A stretch of 32,000 nt of DNA from Deinococcus radiodurans R1 = ATCC 13939 = DSM 20539 (GCF_000008565.1 NC_001263.1:401865-433864), one strand, 5' to 3'; positions 11,638 through 21,842 are shown, counted from the first letter of the stretch. The notes: a model not told the origin generated them from the sequence alone. Translations and numbers: made by a program.

Positions 11638-12317
11638 CCAGACCCGTCACCCTGATCACCGGCGCGAGCGGCGGCATCGGCTCGGCGCTTGCCCGGCAGC
11701 TCGCGCCCACGCACGACCTCATCCTGACCGGGCGCGGCGGCGCGGAGCTGGACGCCCTGTGTGCCGAGGTGGGGGCCACGCCGCTCACGCTCGACCTCAT
11801 CCGACCGGAGGCCTTCGCGGCGGCGCTCGCGGGCGTGGGGCGCGTGACCAACGTGGTCCACAACGCCGGGGTGGTGGAGCTGGGCCGGGTGGCCGAGCAG
11901 GGGCACGAGGTCTGGACCCACACCCTCGCCGTGAACACGGTGGCCCCCGCCGAACTCACCCGGCTGCTGCTGCCCCGGGTGCGCGAGGAGCGCGGGACCG
12001 TCCTCTTCGTCAACTCCGGCGCGGGCCTGCGCGCCAACCCCGAGTGGGGCAGCTACGCGGCGAGCAAGTTTGCGCTGAAGGCTCTGGCCGACGCCCTGCG
12101 CGACGAGGAAGCTCCCCACGGCGTGCGCGTTTCCACCGTCTATCCGGGCCGCACCGCCACGCCCATGCAGCAAAAAGTGCGCGAGCAGGAAGGCGCGAAC
12201 TACGACCCCGCCGCCTTCATCGACCCGGCGACGGTGGCGGCGACCATCGCTTTTATCCTCCAGGCCCCGCGTGACGCGCAGCTCCCCGACGTGAGCGTGC
12301 GGCCCGGTCCGCGCTGA
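11634..12317 (+). CDS. Short-chain dehydrogenase/reductase (SDR)
   Basis: TGASGGIGSALA cofactor motif, NSGAG, and the YAASKFALK catalytic YxxxK. ATGA overlap with the upstream gene. Confidence 0.85.
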   Translation: MTRPVTLITGASGGIGSALARQLAPTHDLILTGRGGAELDALCAEVGATPLTLDLIRPEAFAAALAGVGRVTNVVHNAGVVELGRVAEQGHEVWTHTLAVNTVAPAELTRLLLPRVREERGTVLFVNSGAGLRANPEWGSYAASKFALKALADALRDEEAPHGVRVSTVYPGRTATPMQQKVREQEGANYDPAAFIDPATVAATIAFILQAPRDAQLPDVSVRPGPR

Positions 12318-12325
12318 GGCTGGCC

Positions 12326-13300
<975 letters not shown>

Positions 13301-13322
13301 GCGCGCCTGCCACACTGCGGGC

Positions 13323-13502
13323 ATGAAAATCGACGAACGCATGGACCTGCAAGAACTCGCCACGCAGATGGGCAGCGAAGACACCGCTGAGGCTGCCCGG
13401 CTGCGCGACCTGCTGCTGGGCACGGGCCGCGAACGCACCGAGGACTTTTCCGGCGAGGAATGGGCCGAGTTGCTGATTCGGGCGGGCGAGCAGAACAAAT
13501 AA
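13323..13502 (+). CDS. Hypothetical small acidic protein (59 aa)
   Basis: ATG 13323 lies within track ORF 13272..13502 (MKIDERMDLQELATQMGSEDTAEAARLRDLL...). GC3 is fairly high. No recognisable domain. Confidence 0.35.
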   Translation: MKIDERMDLQELATQMGSEDTAEAARLRDLLLGTGRERTEDFSGEEWAELLIRAGEQNK

Positions 13503-13503
13503 G

Positions 13504-14132
13504 GTGCCGCAGGCGATTTTCTTCGACCTCGACGGCACGCTGCATGACCGCGCGGCGACCTGCGGACCTGGCTGCCGCACCATCAGGCCCGTTTTGGGCT
13601 GCCGGACGGCTACGCAGCCCGCTTTCTGGAACTGGACGACTTCGGCTACCGCCCCAAGCGCGAGGTGATGCCGCTGCTGGTCGAGGAGCTGGGGCTAAGT
13701 TGTTTTGCCGCAGACTTACTGACGCATTACGACACGGCGCTGGACCATGCACAGGCCATGCCCCACGCCGCCGAGGTTCTGACCGAGTTGCGGCGGCGCG
13801 GCGTCAACATCGGCGTCGTCACCAACGGCTGGGAGGACGCGCAGACCCGCTGCTTGGCCGGTTGTGACCTGAGCGACCTTGCCGACGATGTGGTCATCAG
13901 CGAGGCGGTGGGCCTGAGCAAACCAGACCCGTGCATCTACCACCTCGCACTGAAGAGGTTGGGGGTCACGACGGCGCACAGCTGGTTCGTGGGCGACTCG
14001 CCGCGCAACGACGTATGGGGGCCGCAGCAGGTGGGAATGCGTGCAGCCTATCTCCCCACCGGCCACCCCCTGAACGGCGAGCGCCCGGACGTGACCCTGA
14101 CCGACCTGCGCGACGTGCTGAACTTGCCATGA
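13504..14132 (+). pseudogene. HAD-superfamily hydrolase (subfamily IA), reading frame broken near 13560
   Basis: GTG 13504 opens VPQAIFFDLDGTLHDRAAT (HAD motif I, DxDGT). Translation then continues sensibly only in the -1 frame: LRTWLPHHQARFGLPDGYAARFLELDDFGYRPKREVMPLLVEELGL..., through VVTNG (motif II), SKPD (motif III Lys) and FVGDSPRNDV (motif IV) to the stop at 14132. Confidence 0.7.
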
Positions 14133-14179
14133 TGGAGCGGCTCAGTTCCGGCTGTAGTGGTCTGGACGGAAAGACCCGC

Positions 14180-15700
14180 TCAGCGTCGCCCTTCCGCTCC
14201 ATTCCAGTAATCGCACTGGTGCCGCCCGTCAAAGTTGGGTTTGAGCGCGGTGGCGCCGGGTTCGAGGGTCATCACCTGGGGAAAGGCCGGGTTGAACGTC
14301 GGCCACACCGTCAGCCCCAGCGAGGCGGGCTGGCCGCTGCGGGCGAAGTTCGTCCAGTATTCGCCCATCTGCGCGGCGAGTTTGGCCTGCGCGCTTGAGA
14401 ACTGCGCCGGATCCGAGACGCCGACCACCGGGGTATCGAGCACGTAGGCGAGTTCGGCGCCGTGATAGGCGCCCAGGTTCGGGACATTCACTTTGCCAGC
14501 GAGCTGAAGCGGTGGGCGGGGGTCACTGAACTCATAGAAATACGTCGGCAGCCCCGCCCCGAGTTTGCCCGCCAGCCACGAGGTCGGGCAGGCAAACACT
14601 TGATCGGTGAGCAGCCGGGTCACGGCGCGGATGGGCTGTTCGTCGCTGCGCAGCGGGTAGCGCCCGCCGAGCGCCCACGCCTGCAAGGGGTTGATGAGGG
14701 TCAGACCTGCCCGGTAGAGCGTCCGGCTGCCGCGCAGCAGGTCGGGAAGGTAAGGCTCGAAAATCTGCCCTTCCTCGCGGTTGATGCCGAGCATGACGGC
14801 GACCTTGAGGCTCTGGCCCTGCGCGAAAGCGTCCTGAGGCCGCAGCGGAATGAGCGCGTCGCCATAGACGGGCGGCAGCGGCACCGGGTCAACCGGCCCG
14901 CGTCCGGTGAGCCGCACCCCGTCGAGCTCGGCCCGGCTTTTGCCGCGCAGGCAGGTGGCCGTCTCGCCCCGGTCACAGCGCAGAGCGCGGGAAAACAGCT
15001 CGCCCTTGCGCCGGGCGTCGCCGAGCGGGGTCTGAAAAATGGGCGCAGCGCACGACCCGCTTTGCAAGATGGCCTTCTGAAAGAGTCCCGCCGCCGAGGG
15101 CGCCGCCAGCAGCGTGCAGATGGCCGCTGCCCCCGCCGACTGCCCCGCCAGCGTGATGTTGCCGGGGTCGGCACCGATGCTCGCGGCGTTTTGCTTGAGC
15201 CAACGCACCGCCCCGAGAATGTCGTACAGCCCCGCGTTGCCGTCGGTCACGCCCGGCACCGCCAGAAACCCGTAGAGCCCCAGCCGGTAGTTGACCGTCG
15301 CCACCACCACGCCGCGCTCGCGGGCCAGCGCCGAGCCATCAAAGAGGCTGGCGTCGCCCCCAGTGAAAAAGCCGCCGTGCACCCACACCAGCAGCGGGGC
15401 ATTTTTCGCGTTCGGCGGGCGGTAAATATTCAGCGTCAGGCAGTCCTCGCTGCCCCCGTCGCCCTGGGCGCAGGCCGGACCAAACTGGGTGGCGTCTCGC
15501 TGACCCGACCAGACCGGCGGCTGCGGCGGCTGCCAGCGCAGCGGACCGACCGGCGGCGCGGCGAAGGGCACACCCAGGAATTGCTGCACGCTATTCACCG
15601 CCTTGCCGTTCAGCGTGCCCTGCTCCACCCTTAACTGTGGCGCGGCAGCTTGAGCCAGCCCCCCGAGGGTCAGTGCGGTCCAGGCCAGCCAGCGTTTCAC
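14180..15700 (-). CDS. Secreted type-B carboxylesterase/lipase (para-nitrobenzyl esterase-like)
   Basis: Signal peptide MKRWLAWTALTLGGLAQAAA, then FLGVPFAAPPVGPLRW, the VWVHGGFF oxyanion motif and the GQSAGA nucleophile elbow. Confidence 0.85.
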   Translation of the reverse strand: MKRWLAWTALTLGGLAQAAAPQLRVEQGTLNGKAVNSVQQFLGVPFAAPPVGPLRWQPPQPPVWSGQRDATQFGPACAQGDGGSEDCLTLNIYRPPNAKNAPLLVWVHGGFFTGGDASLFDGSALARERGVVVATVNYRLGLYGFLAVPGVTDGNAGLYDILGAVRWLKQNAASIGADPGNITLAGQSAGAAAICTLLAAPSAAGLFQKAILQSGSCAAPIFQTPLGDARRKGELFSRALRCDRGETATCLRGKSRAELDGVRLTGRGPVDPVPLPPVYGDALIPLRPQDAFAQGQSLKVAVMLGINREEGQIFEPYLPDLLRGSRTLYRAGLTLINPLQAWALGGRYPLRSDEQPIRAVTRLLTDQVFACPTSWLAGKLGAGLPTYFYEFSDPRPPLQLAGKVNVPNLGAYHGAELAYVLDTPVVGVSDPAQFSSAQAKLAAQMGEYWTNFARSGQPASLGLTVWPTFNPAFPQVMTLEPGATALKPNFDGRHQCDYWNGAEGRR

Positions 15701-15840
15701 AGGCCCAGTATTGGCAGCGAAGGATGAGGAGTGGTCAGGCCGAGTTCAGGCTGGGGTCAGAGAGCCTCTTTTCTGGCATATCCGTCATAGTGTTCGCTCG
15801 TCAGGAAATGTATCTTTTTTGTATCTACTAGGAGGAAGGC

Positions 15841-16083
15841 ATGACGAGTCAAATTCAGAAATGGGGCAACAGCCTCGCGCTCCGCATTCCCAAAGCTCTG
15901 GCGCAGCAGGTGGGACTGACGCAGAGTTCAGAAGTGGAGCTGCTTCTTCAGGACGGTCAGATTGTCATCCGGCCAGTTCCTGCTCGGCAGTACGATCTCG
16001 CCGCGCTGCTGGCCGAAATGACACCTGAAAATCTGCATGGGGAAACAGACTGGGGCGCACTGGAAGGACGCGAGGAATGGTAA
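15841..16083 (+). CDS. mazE: MazE antitoxin (AbrB/SpoVT fold)
   Basis: MTSQIQKWGNSLALRIPKALAQQVGL is the canonical MazE/PemI N-terminus. AGGAGG lies 5 nt upstream. It overlaps mazF by 7 nt (ATGGTAA). Confidence 0.9.
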   Translation: MTSQIQKWGNSLALRIPKALAQQVGLTQSSEVELLLQDGQIVIRPVPARQYDLAALLAEMTPENLHGETDWGALEGREEW

Positions 16084-16430
16084 GCGATTATGTCCCGGAC
16101 GCTGGGCATCTGGTGTGGCTCAACTTCACACCTCAGGCAGGGCATGAACAGGGGGGACGGCGACCGGCGCTGGTGCTTTCGCCTGCCGCTTATAACGGCG
16201 TCACTGGACTGATGCAGGCGTGTCCGGTGACCAGCCGCGCCAAGGGGTATCCGTTTGAAGTGACGCTCCCTGCTCACCTTGGAGTCAGCGGCGTGGTGCT
16301 GGCCGACCATTGCCGCAGCCTCGACTGGCGCAGTCGCCGGGCCGAACAACTTGCGGAGGCGCCGGCGGACGTCCTGGCCGAAGTCCGTGGCAAGTTGGGC
16401 AGCTTGCTGGGCATGTCCGAGAAGGCATGA
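16077..16430 (+). CDS. mazF: MazF/PemK endoribonuclease toxin
   Basis: YVPDAGHLVWLNFTPQAGHEQGGRRPALVLSP...CPVTSR is typical of the MazF family. Confidence 0.9.
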   Translation: MVSDYVPDAGHLVWLNFTPQAGHEQGGRRPALVLSPAAYNGVTGLMQACPVTSRAKGYPFEVTLPAHLGVSGVVLADHCRSLDWRSRRAEQLAEAPADVLAEVRGKLGSLLGMSEKA

Positions 16431-16482
16431 TGCAGGGAGCAAGTGAACAGTGAGTGACGCGGAGGGCGGCTACACTTTCCCC

Positions 16483-16707
16483 ATGACGACGTTGGAGGCC
16501 CGGATTGAGAACGGCAAGGTGGTGCTCACCCCTGAGCAGGCCGCCGAACTGGGCCTGCGCGAAGGCGAAGTGCTGCCGGTGACGATTGCGCCGCACGAAG
16601 CGGAAACGGAAGGCAACCCCTTCACCCGCTGGATTGGGACGCTCCCCCCACTGCCTGACGGTGAAGAGTCTGCGCGGTTCTACCGCCGCCTGCGAGACGG
16701 CGAATGA
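16483..16707 (+). CDS. vapB: VapB-like antitoxin (AbrB/SpoVT-type)
   Basis: MTTLEARIENGKVVLTPEQAAELGLREGEVLPV. The stop overlaps the start of a PIN-domain gene (ATGA). ATG 16483 is preferred over GTG 16450 because TACACT sits 6 nt upstream. Confidence 0.7.
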   Translation: MTTLEARIENGKVVLTPEQAAELGLREGEVLPVTIAPHEAETEGNPFTRWIGTLPPLPDGEESARFYRRLRDGE

Positions 16708-17117
16708 CAGAGAGCACCGTGCTGGACGCCAATATTCTCAGTGCCCTGCTCCGTTCTGAGGCGAACCCTCTGTCCATTGCGCGTCAGCTTTCGGCGCTGG
16801 CCCGTGAGGGTTCACTAGTGGTTTATGCCGAGTTGCTCGCGGGCCCTGAGGTTACGCCCGATTTCCTCAAGGGATTTCTGCAAGAGGTGGACGTGCAGAT
16901 TCTTCCGCCGTCTGGCCTTGCGGTCTGGGAAAGCGCGGGCCTCGCTTATGGGAGCTACGCTCAGCGGCGGCAACGCAGCGGTGGTGGGTCGCCTCGCCAG
17001 ATTCTGAGTGACTTTGTGATTGGTGCCCATGCCCTGTATCACGGCGCCGCTCTCTTCACCGCTGATCCTCAGCATTACCGCCTCAGCTTCCCAGCCCTCA
17101 CAGTCCTGACCCCATGA
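16704..17117 (+). CDS. vapC: VapC toxin (PIN-domain ribonuclease)
   Basis: Conserved acidic positions are present: VLDANIL, YAELL, DFVIGAHAL, LFTADPQHY. The size (137 aa) and the upstream antitoxin fit a type II vapBC pair. Confidence 0.8.
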   Translation: MTESTVLDANILSALLRSEANPLSIARQLSALAREGSLVVYAELLAGPEVTPDFLKGFLQEVDVQILPPSGLAVWESAGLAYGSYAQRRQRSGGGSPRQILSDFVIGAHALYHGAALFTADPQHYRLSFPALTVLTP

Positions 17118-19582
17118 CCCTTCCCATCCAAACGGTCGTCCCTGAAGTCAAAGCCGCCCTTGCCCAGCATCCCCTCGTCGTGTTGCAGGCCCCGCCCGGC
17201 GCGGGCAAAAGCACGGCGCTGCCGCTCGACCTCTTGCACGAGGAGTGGCTGGCCGGCCAAAGTATCATCATGCTGCAACCCCGCCGGGTGGCGGCGCGGG
17301 CGGTGGCGGCGCGGCTGGCCGAGGGGCTGGGCGAAGCGGTGGGGGAGACCGTGGGCTCGCGCGTGCGCTTCGAGTCGCGCGTTTCGGACCGGACGCGGCT
17401 GGAAGTCGTCACCGAGGGCATCCTGACCCGCCGCCTGCAACGCGACCCGGAGCTGAGCGGCGTGGGGCTGGTCATTCTCGACGAGTTCCACGAGCGCTCG
17501 CTCAACGCCGACCTGGCCCTGGCGCTGCTGCGCGAGGTGCAGGGCGCCCTGCGCGACGACCTGCGCGTGCTGGTGATGTCAGCCACGCTGGACCCCGACC
17601 TGCCCGCTCGCCTGGGCGCCCCGCTGGTGGAAAGTGCAGGCCGGGCGTATCCGGTGGACGTACGCTACTTGCCCACCGACCCGACCGGGCGAGTGGAAGA
17701 TGCCGTGGTTGCCGCCGTTCGCCGCGCTCTGGACACCGATGAAGGCGACATCCTGGCCTTCCTGCCGGGCGTGCGGGAAATCCGGGGGGCCGCCGCGCAA
17801 CTCGCGGGCGTGGACGCGGCAGTGCTGCCCCTCTACGGCGACCTTCCGCTGGCCGAGCAGCGCCGCGCCCTGATGCCTGACCCTGGGGGCCGGCGCAAGG
17901 TGGTGCTGGCGACCTCCATCGCTGAAACCTCACTGACCATTCAGGGCGTGCGCGTGGTGGTGGACGGGGGCCAGAGCCGCCGCCAGCAATTCGACCCGGC
18001 CACCGGTCTGACCCGCATGGTCACGGGCCGCGTGACGCAGGACGCCGCGACCCAGCGGGCGGGACGCGCCGGACGCACGGCCCCCGGCGTCTGCTACCGC
18101 CTGTGGTCCGAGCGCACCCAGGCGCTGCTCCCCGCCGCGCAGCCGCCCGAACTGCTTATGGCCGACCTCGCCCCGCTGACGCTGGAACTTGCCGGCTGGG
18201 GCACGACCGACCCCGCCGACTTGCCCTGGCTGGATGCGCCGCCGCCCACCCGGATAGACACCGCCCGCACGCTGCTGCGCAGCTTGGACGCACTGGACGA
18301 CGCCGGGCGCATCACCCCGGCGGGCACGCGGCTGCTGGACTTTCCGACCCATCCTCGCCTCGCGCACCTGCTGTCGGAAGCGGACGACGCGGCGCTGGCG
18401 GCAGACGTGGCCGCGCTGCTGGAAGAACGCGACCCCTTGCCGCCCGGTTCCGGCGCCGACCTCAGCGAGCGGGTGGACGCCTTACGCGGCTGGCGGGCCG
18501 GGGGCCGCACTCGCGGCGAAGTGGCGGTGCTGGAGCGCGTCGAACGGTTGTCAAAGCAGTGGCGCCGGCTTCTGAAAGTCCAGCCCGATAACGCCCCCCC
18601 CGACCCCTACGCCCTGGGCGAACTGCTGGCCCTCGCCTATCCCGAGCGGGTGGCGCTGGCCCGTGAAAGCGTGGCGGGACTCCACAAGGGGCGCTTTCTG
18701 CTGGCCGGAGGACAGGGCGCGGCTTTGCCGGAAGGCGACGCGCTGGCGGGCGCGAGGGCACTGGCTGTCGCCCACCTCAACATGACCGGCGCGGAGGGCC
18801 GCATTTTCCTCGCCGCGCCGCTGAACCCCGCTTGGCTGGCGGCGCGGGCCACCTGGCAGGACGCCGTGCGCTGGGATGCCCGCACCGGCACGCTGCTCGC
18901 TCAGCAGGAGCTGCGGCTAGGAGCGCTCGCGCTGGACACCCGCCCGCTGCGTGAGGTGCCCGCCGACCTGAAAGTCAAAGCCATTGCCGACGCTGTCCGC
19001 GCCGAGGGCCTGCATCTCCTGACCTTTTCCCCTGCCGCCTCCGCCTTCCGCGCGCGGGTGCAGTCGCTGCGCGAGTGGCGCGGTGAAGAGTGGCCCGACC
19101 TCTCCGACGCCGCCCTCCTTGCCACGCTGGAAGACTGGCTGGGCTCAGGGCTGGAGCGCGTCCGCACCCGCGATGACCTCGCCCGACTGGACCTGTTGCC
19201 CGCGCTGCAATCGCTGCTGCCCTGGAACCTGACCCGCGAACTGGACGAGCTGGCACCCACCCACCTCAGCGTGCCCAGCGGCAGTCGCGTCCGGCTGGAG
19301 TACCGCCCCGGCGAGGCGCCGATTCTGGCGGTCAAGTTGCAGGAATTGTTCGGTCTGGCTGACACGCCCACAGTCAACGGGGGCCGCACGCCGGTGCTGC
19401 TGCATCTGCTCTCGCCTGCTGGTCGCCCGGTACAGGTGACGCAGGATTTGCGCTCGTTCTGGAACAGCAGTTATTTCGAGGTCCGCAAAGACCTGCGCGG
19501 GCGTTACCCCAAGCACCCCTGGCCCGACGACCCCTGGACCCACGAGCCAACCCGCTGGACCAAACGGCGGGCTGAGAAATAA
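17114..19582 (+). CDS. hrpB: ATP-dependent DEAH-box helicase HrpB
   Basis: 822 aa with PPGAGKST (motif I), DEFHERS (motif II), SATLD (motif III) and QRAGRAGR (motif VI), plus an HrpB-type C-terminal domain. The start ATG overlaps the vapC stop (ATGA). Confidence 0.9.
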   Translation: MTLPIQTVVPEVKAALAQHPLVVLQAPPGAGKSTALPLDLLHEEWLAGQSIIMLQPRRVAARAVAARLAEGLGEAVGETVGSRVRFESRVSDRTRLEVVTEGILTRRLQRDPELSGVGLVILDEFHERSLNADLALALLREVQGALRDDLRVLVMSATLDPDLPARLGAPLVESAGRAYPVDVRYLPTDPTGRVEDAVVAAVRRALDTDEGDILAFLPGVREIRGAAAQLAGVDAAVLPLYGDLPLAEQRRALMPDPGGRRKVVLATSIAETSLTIQGVRVVVDGGQSRRQQFDPATGLTRMVTGRVTQDAATQRAGRAGRTAPGVCYRLWSERTQALLPAAQPPELLMADLAPLTLELAGWGTTDPADLPWLDAPPPTRIDTARTLLRSLDALDDAGRITPAGTRLLDFPTHPRLAHLLSEADDAALAADVAALLEERDPLPPGSGADLSERVDALRGWRAGGRTRGEVAVLERVERLSKQWRRLLKVQPDNAPPDPYALGELLALAYPERVALARESVAGLHKGRFLLAGGQGAALPEGDALAGARALAVAHLNMTGAEGRIFLAAPLNPAWLAARATWQDAVRWDARTGTLLAQQELRLGALALDTRPLREVPADLKVKAIADAVRAEGLHLLTFSPAASAFRARVQSLREWRGEEWPDLSDAALLATLEDWLGSGLERVRTRDDLARLDLLPALQSLLPWNLTRELDELAPTHLSVPSGSRVRLEYRPGEAPILAVKLQELFGLADTPTVNGGRTPVLLHLLSPAGRPVQVTQDLRSFWNSSYFEVRKDLRGRYPKHPWPDDPWTHEPTRWTKRRAEK

Positions 19583-19584
19583 GG

Positions 19585-19714
19585 CCAATTGCGGTTGAAT
19601 CGCTCAACCTGAGCGGTGAAACCCGAGCGGAGCGAGAAGCAAACAAGACGTACTGCGGGAAATGGACTAAAATCCAGTACTTTTCTGGATTTTAGGGAAT
19701 TGGACGCAGTACGT
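19585..19714 (+). repeat. Structured intergenic repeat, family A copy 2
   Basis: Aligns along its whole length with 5244..5374. Stems are ACGTACTGCG (19648-19657)/CGCAGTACGT (19705-19714) and CTAAAATCCAG (19667-19677)/CTGGATTTTAG (19685-19695). Confidence 0.85.
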
Positions 19715-19715
19715 A

Positions 19716-19741
19716 TAAAAACTCCGCCCTGATGCGGGCGG
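19716..19741 (-). terminator. Rho-independent terminator for the small minus-strand gene
   Basis: Stem CCGCCC (19724-19729)/GGGCGG (19736-19741), followed on the minus strand by a T-run (plus-strand AAAAA at 19717-19721). Confidence 0.6.
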
Positions 19742-19762
19742 AAATGTACTCGGGCACGTCAA

Positions 19763-19987
19763 TTATTTGCTGTCGTTGCCCTTGTCGTGCTCATTGGCCT
19801 TGTTCCCCTGACCCTGGTTGGGCTCGTTGCCGGGGCCGCCGGGGGTGTGAGGCTCAGTGGAGTCGTCGCGGTAGGGGGCACCGCCATTGGGCTGCTGCTG
19901 GTTGCCGATCTGCTGGTGGCCGTCGCCCTGACCAGCGTTCTCGTTCTTGTCGGTGCCGTTGTGGTGCTTGTTGTCCTGGGTTGCCAT
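19763..19987 (-). CDS. Small hydrophilic low-complexity protein (74 aa; N/Q/G/D/H/K-rich)
   Basis: MATQDNKHHNGTDKNENAGQGDGHQQIGNQQQPNGGAPYRDDSTEPHTPGGPGNEPNQGQGNKANEHDKGNDSK. Nearly all codons end in G or C from ATG 19987 onward, whereas the 28 codons upstream (to 20071) are rich in A/T-ending codons. TACGCT lies 5 nt upstream of the ATG. Confidence 0.6.
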   Translation of the reverse strand: MATQDNKHHNGTDKNENAGQGDGHQQIGNQQQPNGGAPYRDDSTEPHTPGGPGNEPNQGQGNKANEHDKGNDSK

Positions 19988-20077
19988 GCCCGAGCGTACC
20001 CGCAACGCTGACTCGGCAGATTTGCGGCGCCGCAACGGGCCTTGAAACATGAACTCTAGAGCATCTGACATGCGTTG

Positions 20078-20135
20078 TTCGACCCTCTACCAAGGGGAGA
20101 GGGCCTGCCACAGGCAGGGGTGAGGGGTCTTTATC
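20078..20135 (+). repeat. Small structured intergenic repeat, family B copy 2
   Basis: TTCGACCCTCTACCAAGGGGAGAGGGCCTGCCACAGGCAGGGGTGAGGGGTCTTTA. It has the same architecture as 3859..3918, with hairpins CCCTCT/AGAGGG and CCTGCC/GGCAGG. Confidence 0.8.
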
Positions 20136-20142
20136 AAATGCC

Positions 20143-20919
20143 TTAAAGTTCGGGCCGCGTCGCCACGAACAGCACCCGCGTAAAGGCGTAGTACACCCGC
20201 TCGCCAGGGAACTCGGCCTGCAATTTGCCCCGGTATACGTCCAGAAACCGCGCCGCGTCCGCCCCGTCCAGCCGCGAGAGGTAAGGCACCAGCGCCGTGC
20301 CCTTGGTCCATTCGATGAGGCCCTCGGCGCCCGGCAGCACAACGGGGTAGACCTTGCTCAGCGCGGTGATGTCCACCGCTCCCAGCCCGTCCAATAGCTC
20401 GGCGTAGGCGGCGGGTGTCAGCACTGGCGAGGCCCCATGCGCCGTGCCGAAGCGGGTAAAGCCGCCCAGCTCGGTCTCAAACTCGTTCGCCGTTGCGGTC
20501 AGCAGCCGGTGTGAGGCGTGGTCGTGATTTGCTGGAACCTGCACCGCCAGCACCCCACCGGGCCGCAGGTGCTCCCACAGCCGCGCCAGCAGTCGGGGGT
20601 GGTCGGGTAGCCACTGCAAGGCGGCGTTGGAGTACAGCAGGTCGAAGCTGCCGCTCAACTCCTGAATGTCACCCTGCTCAAAGCGCAGATTGGGCAGTTG
20701 CTGTGCCCCCGCCTTCGCCAGCATCGCCGCGCTGCTGTCCAGCCCCAGCACGGTGGCCTGCGGAAAACGCTGCGCGAGTTGCGCCGTCTGCTCGCCGGTG
20801 CCGCAGCCGAGGTCCACGACCTGCGCGTAGGGCCGCTCGGGAATGAGGGCTTGCAGGTCACGCGCCGGGGCGCTGCGGGCGTCTTTGAACTGGTGGTACT
20901 GGTCGGGATTCCAGGTCAT
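20143..20919 (-). CDS. tam: Trans-aconitate 2-methyltransferase
   Basis: 258 aa. WNPDQYHQF..., VVDLGCGTGEQT (SAM motif I), YSNAALQWLPDH and GGVLAVQVPAN closely follow the Tam family pattern. Confidence 0.85.
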   Translation of the reverse strand: MTWNPDQYHQFKDARSAPARDLQALIPERPYAQVVDLGCGTGEQTAQLAQRFPQATVLGLDSSAAMLAKAGAQQLPNLRFEQGDIQELSGSFDLLYSNAALQWLPDHPRLLARLWEHLRPGGVLAVQVPANHDHASHRLLTATANEFETELGGFTRFGTAHGASPVLTPAAYAELLDGLGAVDITALSKVYPVVLPGAEGLIEWTKGTALVPYLSRLDGADAARFLDVYRGKLQAEFPGERVYYAFTRVLFVATRPEL

Positions 20920-20983
20920 GGGCTCAGCATAAGAGACTTAGAGGTTAAGTGTACGTACCAGAGTGGTGACAATAGAATTACCA

Positions 20984-21013
20984 GCAAAAAGCCCGTCCAC
21001 CACGGAACGGGCC
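20984..21013 (-). terminator. Rho-independent terminator ending the ddrA transcription unit
   Basis: Stem GCCCGT (20991-20996)/ACGGGC (21007-21012), with a minus-strand T-run (plus-strand AAAAA at 20986-20990). It lies about 200 nt beyond the ddrA stop and 27 nt beyond the stop of the small ORF. Confidence 0.65.
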
Positions 21014-21039
21014 AGAGTTCTGCGAAAGGGGCGCTGCAA

Positions 21040-21215
21040 TCAGAACAGCCGCGACAAGGCGCCGCCGAGCAGGGTCAGCAGCCCCAGGTTCACCATCGCC
21101 CACCCGAGGTGCGGGGTATCCGGCAAGCGGGCGGGGGAGACGCGGGCGGGCATCACTGGGTCAGTGACGGAGGGAGCCGCCCCCCCGCGCAGCTCGGCAG
21201 AGGTCAGGCTGCGGG

Positions 21216-21219
<4 letters not shown>
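21040..21219 (-). CDS. Candidate 59-aa small membrane protein, translationally coupled to ddrA
   Basis: The ATG (21217-21219) overlaps the ddrA TGA (21216-21218) as ATGA. Product: MTRSLTSAELRGGAAPSVTDPVMPARVSPARLPDTPHLGWAMVNLGLLTLLGGALSRLF. By my count 54 of 59 codons end in G or C. The C-terminus is a hydrophobic helix. The ORF is absent from the track, apparently because it is one codon under the size cut-off. Confidence 0.4.

Positions 21220-21842
<623 letters not shown>

Noticed and set aside
19988-20071. N-terminal extension of the small hydrophilic ORF to the Met at 20071 (MSDALEFMFQGPLRRRKSAESALRVRSG)
   Set aside because: These 28 codons have many A/T-ending codons (tca, gat, gct, cta, ttt, caa, aaa, tct, gta), unlike the rest of the ORF. 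The internal ATG at 19987 has a -10-like box 5 nt upstream.
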